59,299 bases of DNA, taken from the IMG/VR virus record IMGVR_UViG_3300046000_006837, positions 1 through 59,299 of that record. One strand, written 5' to 3'. The notes beneath the pieces are model-generated. The model made no database searches. It was not told the origin of the DNA and saw only the letters and a program-made list of their open reading frames with translations. Shown piece after piece: positions 51,281-59,299 of the stretch. The first letter of the stretch is position 1; each line of letters starts with the position of its first letter. The DNA comes from a virus (Duplodnaviria; Caudoviricetes). The position numbers were made by a program, and so were the translations under genes.

Positions 51281-53123
51281 TGTATATAAAATTTACATGA
51301 TTTTCATCTTTTCCAAATCTACTTTCTACATTTAAAGGATTGTCTTTATTTTCTTTATATGCATAATCAATAACTCCTAATTCTTCAAATCTTTCATTTA
51401 TTGCATCATTATAGAAATACATGATAGACCTAACTCTTCTCTGGATATCTGCTCTAGCTAAATCATGGGTATTTCTTCCATTTGAATTATTATAGATGTA
51501 TTGAAGATATCCTAATTTTGGTATTTTTACAAATTTAGTTTTTAGGAATGTTCTAACAATTAATTCATAATCATCTGCAATGGATAGATTTCTATTATGA
51601 CCTCCCACCGAAAAATATACATCTCTCCTCCATGTTCTTATGTGATTAGGTACTCCTACGATATGTCTAATTGTTTTTGGATTAATATTTGGCGAATCGA
51701 CAACATCCCAAGTATTCCGGAAATGATTCTCTGTTCTATACTTTCCATACCCAAAACAAAAACCATCTGGGTATTTCATAGAGTTATGCCATTCATCTAA
51801 TTCTGCACTATCCGTATATATAAAACCTGCATCTGGAAACTTATTGGCCGCTTCTATTATATACTTAGCACAATCCGGCATTAAGTAATCATCATGGTCT
51901 AATTCTGCTAACCATCTGCCTTTAGTAAGCGTAGCGGCCCTATATTTAGATTCACCTATAATTCCTCCCGATTTTTCTCTGAAGTCATACACTCTAACTC
52001 TGTGATCCTGTGAAGCTATCTCTAAGGCAATCTTTAGAGTTTTGCCTCCGTCGGAAGAATCATTTACTATAACCCATTCCCAATCCGGATAAGTTTGATT
52101 CTTAACTGACTCATAAGTTCTCCAAAGTTTTTCTTTTGTATTATAAATTGGTGTGAAGAAAGATACCACGGAATCGTAGTCAGACCTAAGTATGCTACTC
52201 ATTGCACAATTATACGCTATCTCTCCCGTATTATAAGCTATCCCTGTTTCTTTATCATGGTATGGATTTAAGTTTATCCATCTATTTCTCACATAGGAAG
52301 GCTGGTTGCATAGATTCCTGTATTGGTCATAATAATCGTCGGAAATGCTTATGATAGAGTCCGGATTAAACGAAGATATAGCTTTACTTATGTTTTCGTC
52401 GTTCTCAATATATTTTACATTTAAAGAATCGTCTTCATAATCTGCATATTTTATACTTTTTAATTCGGGTTTATCAGGTCCTAAATATAATACTTTAGGA
52501 ACTTTAGCTTTCGACCCACTTGTTAAAGCATTGTAATAGCATAGTGTTTTTTCTATGAAGCCAAATTCATCAGGATATTCATCATATAATTTTTCTATGA
52601 ATTTACCGTCAGCATCATATCCGGATTCGTATTTTAATTTTTGATGTAATTCCGTGTGTATGATATATTGTGCGGAATCAATATGTTTTAATTTCATGTG
52701 CTCCGGTCCGACTTTCCTTATATCTAACCCGGTAAAATCCCTACCATTGACTTCTTGTTCATACGCATAAGCAGCCTTTTTACTAGCTCTTATTTCATCA
52801 TTAAGGACATCAAAATAATTAGGATAACATACATTATCATCATCCATAATTAAAACCCATCCTATATTAAGATTACTTACAACATCGCTTATTTGAGGAT
52901 ATAAATAATCTGTACCATCACTTTCCACAAAATGTAAGTGAGCGTCTAACTTACTTAAATCTAAAAGCAATTTGGAATCAATATCAATCAAAGATGAAGT
53001 ATCGAATAAGACATGCCAAAGTACACAATATCGATTATTTTCTGTGTAATTAAAGCTATCATATATCTGTAAAAGATTTTGAGGTCTTGTACATCTGGTT
53101 ATAACATGGAATCTAATCTTCAT
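51270..53123 (-). CDS. two-domain GT2 glycosyltransferase
   Basis: N-terminal GT-A (DDDN) and C-terminal GT2 (TP.YN, QTY..WEW...D, DHDD, DDYEL). Confidence 0.85.
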   Translation of the reverse strand: MKIRFHVITRCTRPQNLLQIYDSFNYTENNRYCVLWHVLFDTSSLIDIDSKLLLDLSKLDAHLHFVESDGTDYLYPQISDVVSNLNIGWVLIMDDDNVCYPNYFDVLNDEIRASKKAAYAYEQEVNGRDFTGLDIRKVGPEHMKLKHIDSAQYIIHTELHQKLKYESGYDADGKFIEKLYDEYPDEFGFIEKTLCYYNALTSGSKAKVPKVLYLGPDKPELKSIKYADYEDDSLNVKYIENDENISKAISSFNPDSIISISDDYYDQYRNLCNQPSYVRNRWINLNPYHDKETGIAYNTGEIAYNCAMSSILRSDYDSVVSFFTPIYNTKEKLWRTYESVKNQTYPDWEWVIVNDSSDGGKTLKIALEIASQDHRVRVYDFREKSGGIIGESKYRAATLTKGRWLAELDHDDYLMPDCAKYIIEAANKFPDAGFIYTDSAELDEWHNSMKYPDGFCFGYGKYRTENHFRNTWDVVDSPNINPKTIRHIVGVPNHIRTWRRDVYFSVGGHNRNLSIADDYELIVRTFLKTKFVKIPKLGYLQYIYNNSNGRNTHDLARADIQRRVRSIMYFYNDAINERFEELGVIDYAYKENKDNPLNVESRFGKDENHVNFIYNDL

Positions 53124-54049
53124 ATATCAAAAAAGAATAAGTGAAAAAATCTACTATTTTCCTTAGTGTCACCAAAGTAATTTACGGCGGCATGTATATT
53201 TTTAGCATCGAATAAAACTAATCTATTATATACATTTGCAATATTATCTACGAGTTCAAAAGATGTTTTATCGTAAAAATTTAATCCGCTACTTCTTCCT
53301 TTGAATGTCTTCTCATAATCTCCCCCCTGTGCTTCTTCAAACTTTGTCTTATTTGTATAGATACTTTTATAAGTTGCTGTACCACTCTGCAAAGGTGCAT
53401 CCGGAGTTAAGTAAACCATGGCAGCATAGTTTTGAGAATCTACATGATAAACAATTGGATCTGTCGATGTACAATACTGGAATTTACCATTAGCATAATT
53501 AGGATTATTCCAATTATAAATAGGTCTTCCTAATATCTCTTCAAATCTTTCTAGTGTTCCATTTAGTATAAAAGAGGTCTCACTTCTTTTTCCTCTATGA
53601 TAATCAGATTCAGAGTACTTTAGATTATGAATTGCATGGCTTCTGACTAAATCAGGTTGCATGTAAAAATTATCTACAACAATAATGTCTTTAGAAGCGT
53701 AAGGGTTAAAACCTGAATTAAATACATGCCAGGAATCTAAAGTACCTATATTTAAAATTTCAACTTCATTATCCAAAATAATATCTATAGGAGAATTTAC
53801 ATTAGAAGGTTTAACCATAAAAGTCCAACCTATTAAATCATTAGGTAAATCCGGGTAAACATCCTTAACATCTTTTCTAGGGTACAATCCATTTTGTAGA
53901 TTTGTATACTCTACATCTCCTATGATTATTTTTTTAATACTCCCCTCTGTACTGAAAATCCAACCACTTACTTCATATAAATCGTTGCTAATTAATCGCA
54001 TGCTATCTATATGCCAAAAAACATTTTCAAAATTACTTTTATGTGTCAT
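53120..54049 (-). CDS. 2OG-Fe(II) oxygenase-like protein (DUF6445-like)
   Basis: VVDNFY..PD, H.D, YL, NRLVLF...H, R. Confidence 0.7.
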   Translation of the reverse strand: MTHKSNFENVFWHIDSMRLISNDLYEVSGWIFSTEGSIKKIIIGDVEYTNLQNGLYPRKDVKDVYPDLPNDLIGWTFMVKPSNVNSPIDIILDNEVEILNIGTLDSWHVFNSGFNPYASKDIIVVDNFYMQPDLVRSHAIHNLKYSESDYHRGKRSETSFILNGTLERFEEILGRPIYNWNNPNYANGKFQYCTSTDPIVYHVDSQNYAAMVYLTPDAPLQSGTATYKSIYTNKTKFEEAQGGDYEKTFKGRSSGLNFYDKTSFELVDNIANVYNRLVLFDAKNIHAAVNYFGDTKENSRFFHLFFFDI

Positions 54050-54074
54050 ATATTTAAAATTTACTTTTAGTCTC

Positions 54075-54890
54075 TTAGTTATTCATTATACTTAATAATT
54101 CAGGTGTCAAATTATTTTCAATAGCATAGAAAAATTCATTTCTTCCTAACAAATCTTCAAAATTAGAAATACGTCTATTTATTTCTTCGTCTGATAAATT
54201 GGATATATGTTTATACTCACAATGAGAAAAATTCTTCAATTTCTCTTTTATCTTAGATATTCCACCAAAATAACTAAAATGCCATGCGTTATTTTCTATT
54301 ATTTTTTTAAATCCTGCATTTGGGCTGTTTCTCATTCCTTGGATGTCATAACAATGATTTTCTTGTCCATCCCATTCTGTATTTTTAAACTTTTTATATT
54401 GATTTTTTGTAAACATTTGAGTACCCGGAATTAAATACTTTATATTATTTGGTCTAATATATTGGATATAATCGTATTTAAAATAATTATTTGTCATTAA
54501 AAATGTTATTGGTTTATCTTGAGGTACTAAATAATCTCTATTATAAAATTCATCTACATCACTTATTGTGATAATATCATCATCATTTAACTCCTCTATA
54601 ATTTTTGTTGCACTTTGTCTTAGTTTGTACTCATTTTCCCAAGGTCCTTGAGACCATGAATAATTACTTATTTTCTCATCAATATCATGAAAATTTTCAC
54701 ATACTATATATTCTACATTTACATTAATTTTATTACGTATTGATTCATATTTAAGATTTCTTTTTTTTCCATAAAATGTTTTATCTGATTCAACAACATA
54801 AAAGATATCTATATGGTTTTTATAATACTCAAATCTTTTAAGCAATAAATCGGTTTCCTCCGAAAAAAAACAAATATCAACTTTTTTCAT
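54075..54890 (-). CDS. GT17-like glycosyltransferase
   Basis: F..E...L..R, VES..TF.G, SDVDE, WHFSY.G...K...F.H.E. Confidence 0.75.
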   Translation of the reverse strand: MKKVDICFFSEETDLLLKRFEYYKNHIDIFYVVESDKTFYGKKRNLKYESIRNKINVNVEYIVCENFHDIDEKISNYSWSQGPWENEYKLRQSATKIIEELNDDDIITISDVDEFYNRDYLVPQDKPITFLMTNNYFKYDYIQYIRPNNIKYLIPGTQMFTKNQYKKFKNTEWDGQENHCYDIQGMRNSPNAGFKKIIENNAWHFSYFGGISKIKEKLKNFSHCEYKHISNLSDEEINRRISNFEDLLGRNEFFYAIENNLTPELLSIMNN

Positions 54891-55444
54891 ATTGTTAGAT
54901 TTATTTTTTTAATCCAACTAGTGTCTATAAAGATTGAGTCTGGTTCTCCTAGTATTTCGTTTATTCCCTTAACAACACCATACCAATTTAAATGATAATC
55001 ATGTCCACCTATTAAACCATCTTTCTTTATCAAGGGAAGATAATTAGTTATGTCTTTTTTTATCTGTTCGTAGGTATGTAGTCCATCTATATATATAAAA
55101 TCAAATTTTTCATCCTTTAGCTCGCTTACAGCATCGTCAGATGTCATTCTTATATGTTTTATGTTAGGATGTTTATTTACAACCTCTCTAAAAATATCAT
55201 AGACTTTATCTAATGGCATAAATTGACATGTAATATCATTTGAATCATAATCATTGATAAACGGGTCAATTGAAATTACTTCTTTAAAATTTTCAGAAAA
55301 AATCTTAGTAGATTCACCAGCATAAGATCCGATTTCAATCATTGACATTTCTTCTGGTTTTCTATGTTGTCTAATGTAATTAATTAAATCGACAAGTCCC
55401 TGCGTATATGTCTGATCACGCATTTGAAATAAATCATTTACCAT
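54887..55444 (-). CDS. class I SAM methyltransferase (Methyltransf_24-like)
   Basis: EIGS..G.S, FIYIDG.H.Y, GG.I.GHDY. Confidence 0.85.
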   Translation of the reverse strand: MVNDLFQMRDQTYTQGLVDLINYIRQHRKPEEMSMIEIGSYAGESTKIFSENFKEVISIDPFINDYDSNDITCQFMPLDKVYDIFREVVNKHPNIKHIRMTSDDAVSELKDEKFDFIYIDGLHTYEQIKKDITNYLPLIKKDGLIGGHDYHLNWYGVVKGINEILGEPDSIFIDTSWIKKINLTI

Positions 55445-55457
55445 ATTTTACTTTTTA

Positions 55458-56378
55458 TTAACCTAAATTTGCTACATAATCGTGTCCATGTCTTTCCATA
55501 TCAGTATAGTTCTTAGAATGGTCACATAATTTACAAAATAATTCTTCAGGGAAAAAATACCCATATTTACATCCTCCACATCCTGTTTCTTGGTATTTTC
55601 TACATGTTTTTATCTCACTACAAAGATTTTCATACTTTTCATAATAATTCCATGATTCACAATGTACCATATTGCCGAGTAGAAGATAAGCCGAATTGAG
55701 AACAAAAGCCCTAGATTCAGCATCTATCTCTGCTTGGCCCCACATAGGTAAACCTTTTAATTCAGCCGGATTTCCTTCGTCGTCATAGAATTCTTTTAAA
55801 GGTAAAACTCCAGCATCATAAAAATCTTTAGTTCGTCGTATATGAGGATTATTTACATACTCCTTTTTTACTAATTCTAAATATTTGTTTTTAAGCTGTA
55901 CTATATTTTTTATATTGTCTTCCTTTATCCAATATCCTAAACCGTACTGCCTATCATCATAATCACTAATATACCTTCTTAGTAACACTTGACTAATGGT
56001 TTTGTTTTGTTCCATGTAATTTAAACAATCTCTTAACCAATCCTCTTGGCCAGAAATATCGCGGGGCAAACAAATCCAATCTCCTTCCAAAAATAAAACA
56101 TACTCATAGTCCCTAACCAATGAATTCAGATAGTTTATCCCTACTCCACACCCCATGTTTTTTTCAGAAAATGAGTATATAAAATTAATCACATCTTTAT
56201 AATTATCAATACATTCTTTTACCACATCATCAATCAATTCATTTTTACCATTACAATGAATGAACCAATCAATAATACCATCAAATTCTGTATTATTAAT
56301 GAAACTATCTATTGTTCTTTTTAAATAAACATCTCTGCTAGTATCATTGTGAGTTAGTGTAGCTATGCAAAATTTCAT
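55458..56378 (-). CDS. GT-A fold glycosyltransferase-like protein with Cys-rich C-terminus
   Basis: N.G...G.N, LEGDW, NNPH. Confidence 0.6.
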   Translation of the reverse strand: MKFCIATLTHNDTSRDVYLKRTIDSFINNTEFDGIIDWFIHCNGKNELIDDVVKECIDNYKDVINFIYSFSEKNMGCGVGINYLNSLVRDYEYVLFLEGDWICLPRDISGQEDWLRDCLNYMEQNKTISQVLLRRYISDYDDRQYGLGYWIKEDNIKNIVQLKNKYLELVKKEYVNNPHIRRTKDFYDAGVLPLKEFYDDEGNPAELKGLPMWGQAEIDAESRAFVLNSAYLLLGNMVHCESWNYYEKYENLCSEIKTCRKYQETGCGGCKYGYFFPEELFCKLCDHSKNYTDMERHGHDYVANLG

Positions 56379-56744
56379 CTATATATTATTTATTAAATCC
56401 CAAGTTTGTGATTCCTCATTCCACATATACATATTACCATCATTAGGATATGGTACAAGTGATTCCCATAAGCAAGAGAATTCATTTAATACCCAAGATG
56501 GATAAGGTTTTGGTGGGATGAATGCGTCTCTTTGTTCATCGTAATAATATCCAATTCCTGCGTAGTTTTTGCGAAAGTTTCCATTATATGATGTTTGCTT
56601 CCATGAATTATAACCATGTAAATTGGTTAAAAAATCAACGCCAACCTGTTCAAATTCTACTTCATTAATAGTTATAATGTCATTAACTACTGTATGAACA
56701 GCAATCACATAATTATTTTCATCAAGTTTTGCAAAATGTGCCAT
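56379..56744 (-). CDS. tail-fibre-associated small protein, paralog of 49072..49473
   Basis: MAHFA...QTSYN...FRKNYAGIG. Confidence 0.75.
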   Translation of the reverse strand: MAHFAKLDENNYVIAVHTVVNDIITINEVEFEQVGVDFLTNLHGYNSWKQTSYNGNFRKNYAGIGYYYDEQRDAFIPPKPYPSWVLNEFSCLWESLVPYPNDGNMYMWNEESQTWDLINNI

Positions 56745-56746
56745 AT

Positions 56747-57730
56747 TTAATAAGTTATTGTTCCATCTCCATTAAATTGATATATATGATAAATTCCTGA
56801 TGTTGTATACACAGGTGAACCTGTTGTTGATACTGCCTGCACAGTTGCTCGGATGATTACAACTCCTGAACCGCCATTCATTCCATTACCACCATTGTCA
56901 CCTCCACCACCACCACCTGTGTTACTAGTTCCAGCTACTCCGCCATTTCCTCCTCCACCATTACCTCCAAGATTAGACGCACCACCACCACCACCACCAC
57001 CACCTCTAAATACACCAGTACCCGTTATAAAACTTTGTACGCCATCACCACCCTGTTTTCCTCCATCTGTACCACCTGCTTCAGCAGCACCCCCACCTCC
57101 TCCTTGATACAGACCTGGTGTATTTTCACCAGCAAAACCTTGACCTGATGGTGATGCTGCACCGCCACTTCGAGAACCTTGTTGACCCCCGGCACCACCA
57201 CCCGAACCACCGCTTAGACCCTGTGCAAGAGTAGCGGGTGTTGTAGAAGGGCCTGCTCCACCTCCTCCTCCCCCTCCTGCTGATGTTATTGATGTAATAT
57301 CAACACCACTTATTGAAGATAATGTTCCACTAGACCCTTGAAAAGTTGAACCATTCCCCCCGGCACCTCCACCTCCTCTTATAATAGTATAACTTACCCC
57401 TTTTGATAACTGCAAACTAGATTCAGCACTATTTCCACCGCCAGAATTTTCACCAACAACACTACTTCTATATCCTCCTGCTCCACCTCCAGCTCCGTAA
57501 TAATAACCACCACCACCACCACCTGCAACTACAATATACTCAACTGTAATGGGATATTCAGAAAGTGATACTTTTTGCCATCTACCACTCAAATGTATTT
57601 CTAATGCAGATGTAGTTGTATTATATCTCATAGAACCTGTTGTAGGTGTAGCAGGTCTTTCTGCGCTAGTACCAACGGGTAATTTAAAAAATCCCGTATC
57701 GTTAATACTTGTATTTTTTAATGTTGCCAT
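56747..57730 (-). CDS. glycine-rich tail fibre/baseplate-type protein, paralog of 49475..50575
   Basis: P.GT.A.RP, G.MRYNT, GGGGGGG, GGSGVVIIR. Confidence 0.75.
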   Translation of the reverse strand: MATLKNTSINDTGFFKLPVGTSAERPATPTTGSMRYNTTTSALEIHLSGRWQKVSLSEYPITVEYIVVAGGGGGGYYYGAGGGAGGYRSSVVGENSGGGNSAESSLQLSKGVSYTIIRGGGGAGGNGSTFQGSSGTLSSISGVDITSITSAGGGGGGGAGPSTTPATLAQGLSGGSGGGAGGQQGSRSGGAASPSGQGFAGENTPGLYQGGGGGAAEAGGTDGGKQGGDGVQSFITGTGVFRGGGGGGGGASNLGGNGGGGNGGVAGTSNTGGGGGGDNGGNGMNGGSGVVIIRATVQAVSTTGSPVYTTSGIYHIYQFNGDGTITY

Positions 57731-59299
57731 TTGTTTATTTTGTTATCTAATTCTTTTACCGCTTCTATCAATAAGGCAGTTAATCTACCGTATGATACTG
57801 AATTAGGATTCCCTTCTTTATCTCTTGTAACTATTTGAGGTAGAATCTCCTCTACTTCCTCTGCTATAACACCTATTTCTTTATTATTGTTTCCTATCTT
57901 ATTATATTGTACTCCTCTTAATTTTTTTATAGTATCTAATGCCTTTATTATGTTTTCTACATTCTCTTTTACATTAGCTGTAGATGTTTCTGTGATAGTA
58001 CCTGTAACTGTTAATGTACTACCATCAAATGTTAAATTTGATTCTGCATTTATTGTTGTAGAAGATACCGATGTTAATACTCTATTGTCGGCAGGATTTG
58101 TGTATGATGTTATAACTCCAATACTACTACCGCTAACTAAATGACCTCCTTTAGCTACAACTACATATCCTGTAGATGGGCTAGCAAAAGATAGTTTTAC
58201 TCTATTATTATCTAATAATCTAACTTGATTTGGAACGAAATAAAAATCAGAAGAATCATACGTAGATATTATGACATTTTTTGAATTAAAGTTATGTGCT
58301 ACTGTTATGGATGCAGTTACTGAGAATGATGCTGATACCGTAGCTGTTTGTGATATATTTGTACCAGCTATTCCTTGATTACCCTGTGGTCCCTGTCTCC
58401 CCTGAAAACCTTGGAAACCCTGTGTACCTACAGTACCTTGGATTCCTTGTATTCCGGTAGGTCCCTGATTACCTTGGAAACCCTGTGGTCCCGCTACAGA
58501 ACTTGGATTACCTGTAAGACCCTGGTTTCCCTGCGGTCCTTGATTACCTTGAAAACCTTGGAAACCTTGTGTACCTACAGTACCTTGGATTCCCTGTAGA
58601 CCAGTAGGTCCCTGATTTCCTTGAGCTCCGGTAGTACCTTGTAAACCGGTAGGTCCCTGATTTCCCTGTGGTCCTTGATTTCCTTGGAAACCTATTATAC
58701 CTTGTGGTCCTTGATTACCCTGTGGTCCCTGTCTCCCCTGAAAACCTTGGAAACCCTGTGTACCTACAGTACCTTGGATTCCTTGTATTCCGGTAGGTCC
58801 CTGATTACCTTGGAAACCCTGTGGTCCCGCTACAGAACTTGGATTACCTGTAAGACCCTGGTTTCCCTGCGGTCCTTGATTACCTTGCGGTCCTTGATTA
58901 CCTTGCGGTCCCGCTACAGAACTTGGATTACCTGTAAGACCCTGGTTTCCCTGCGGTCCTTGATTACCTTGGAAACCTATTATACCTTGAGGTCCTTGAT
59001 TACCCTGTGACCCCTGTAGTCCAGTAGGTCCCTGATTACCTTGGAAGCCTATAATACCTTGTGGTCCTTGATTACCCTGTGGTCCCTGATTACCTTGGAA
59101 ACCTATTATACCTTGAGGTCCTTGATTTCCTTGTGGTCCTTGATTACCCTGTGGTCCTTGTCTTCCCTGAAAACCTTGTGTACCTACAGTACCTTGGATT
59201 CCCTGTAGTCCAGTAGGTCCCTGATTACCTTGGAAGCCTATAATACCTTGTGGTCCTTGATTACCCTGTGACCCCTGTAGTCCAGTAGGTCCCTGATTA
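57718..59299 (-). CDS. collagen-like tail fibre with C-terminal Peptidase S74 intramolecular chaperone (5' end outside window)
   Basis: reverse strand reads (G-X-Y)n such as GNQGPQGPTGLQ, then S...KEN.. and GVIAEEV..ILP..V...YGRLTALLIEAVKEL...WQH*. Confidence 0.85.
   Translation of the reverse strand, partial: NQGPTGLQGSQGNQGPQGIIGFQGNQGPTGLQGIQGTVGTQGFQGRQGPQGNQGPQGNQGPQGIIGFQGNQGPQGNQGPQGIIGFQGNQGPTGLQGSQGNQGPQGIIGFQGNQGPQGNQGLTGNPSSVAGPQGNQGPQGNQGPQGNQGLTGNPSSVAGPQGFQGNQGPTGIQGIQGTVGTQGFQGFQGRQGPQGNQGPQGIIGFQGNQGPQGNQGPTGLQGTTGAQGNQGPTGLQGIQGTVGTQGFQGFQGNQGPQGNQGLTGNPSSVAGPQGFQGNQGPTGIQGIQGTVGTQGFQGFQGRQGPQGNQGIAGTNISQTATVSASFSVTASITVAHNFNSKNVIISTYDSSDFYFVPNQVRLLDNNRVKLSFASPSTGYVVVAKGGHLVSGSSIGVITSYTNPADNRVLTSVSSTTINAESNLTFDGSTLTVTGTITETSTANVKENVENIIKALDTIKKLRGVQYNKIGNNNKEIGVIAEEVEEILPQIVTRDKEGNPNSVSYGRLTALLIEAVKELDNKINKWQH
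58370..59299. repeat. 9-bp-period collagen repeat with larger internal block duplications
   Basis: CCYTG/CCNGT period-9 pattern; about 58375-58550 recurs at about 58711-58886. Confidence 0.9.

Noticed and set aside
49626-59010. Plus-strand Pro-rich or repetitive ORFs (49626, 50256, 56853, 57549, 57887, 58375, 58675)
   Set aside because: They are antisense shadows of the Gly-rich and collagen genes.
1-59299. Stop-codon reassignment (TAG or TGA recoding as in some Bacteroidota phages)
   Set aside because: Long genes are intact in the standard code, and TAG and TGA end genes at sensible positions; only one isolated in-frame TAA was seen.

Overview
A 59.3-kb AT-rich segment of a large dsDNA phage. 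The host is most likely Bacteroidota: there are dozens of TAnnTTTG (-7) promoters with a TTG/TTAGG (-33) element 19 bp upstream, and no Shine-Dalgarno sites. About 1-43.4 kb is a + strand early/middle region of small ORFs (RadC/JAB, DUF932-like, SSB-like, HNH, HD, DEDDh exonuclease, P-loop kinase, metallophosphoesterase, RNA ligase, PAP2, ThyX, tandem paralog arrays). About 43.4-59.3 kb is mostly - strand (Dps-like, two ParB/Srx proteins, sulfotransferase, endolysin, Gly-rich fibre proteins, a glycosyltransferase/2OG-oxygenase/methyltransferase cluster, and a collagen-like fibre with an S74 chaperone running off the end). The most unusual content is non-coding. (1) Eleven tRNA-like RNAs keep acceptor and T arms (most also a D arm, often tRNA-Leu-like), but the anticodon arm is replaced by unrelated structured inserts, several forming the same pseudoknot from different sequences. 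(2) Ten covarying 43-44-bp imperfect hairpins split the first 13 kb into terminator-hairpin-promoter-gene cassettes at mostly increasing spacing. (3) Promoters have a strict geometry, with TTAAC-N6-TTAAC boxes 38 or 27 bp upstream of the -7 box, and many sit inside hairpins. (4) Two integron attC-like sites lie at 37.3-37.7 kb. All family calls come from motif recognition by eye; no searches or folding programs were run.
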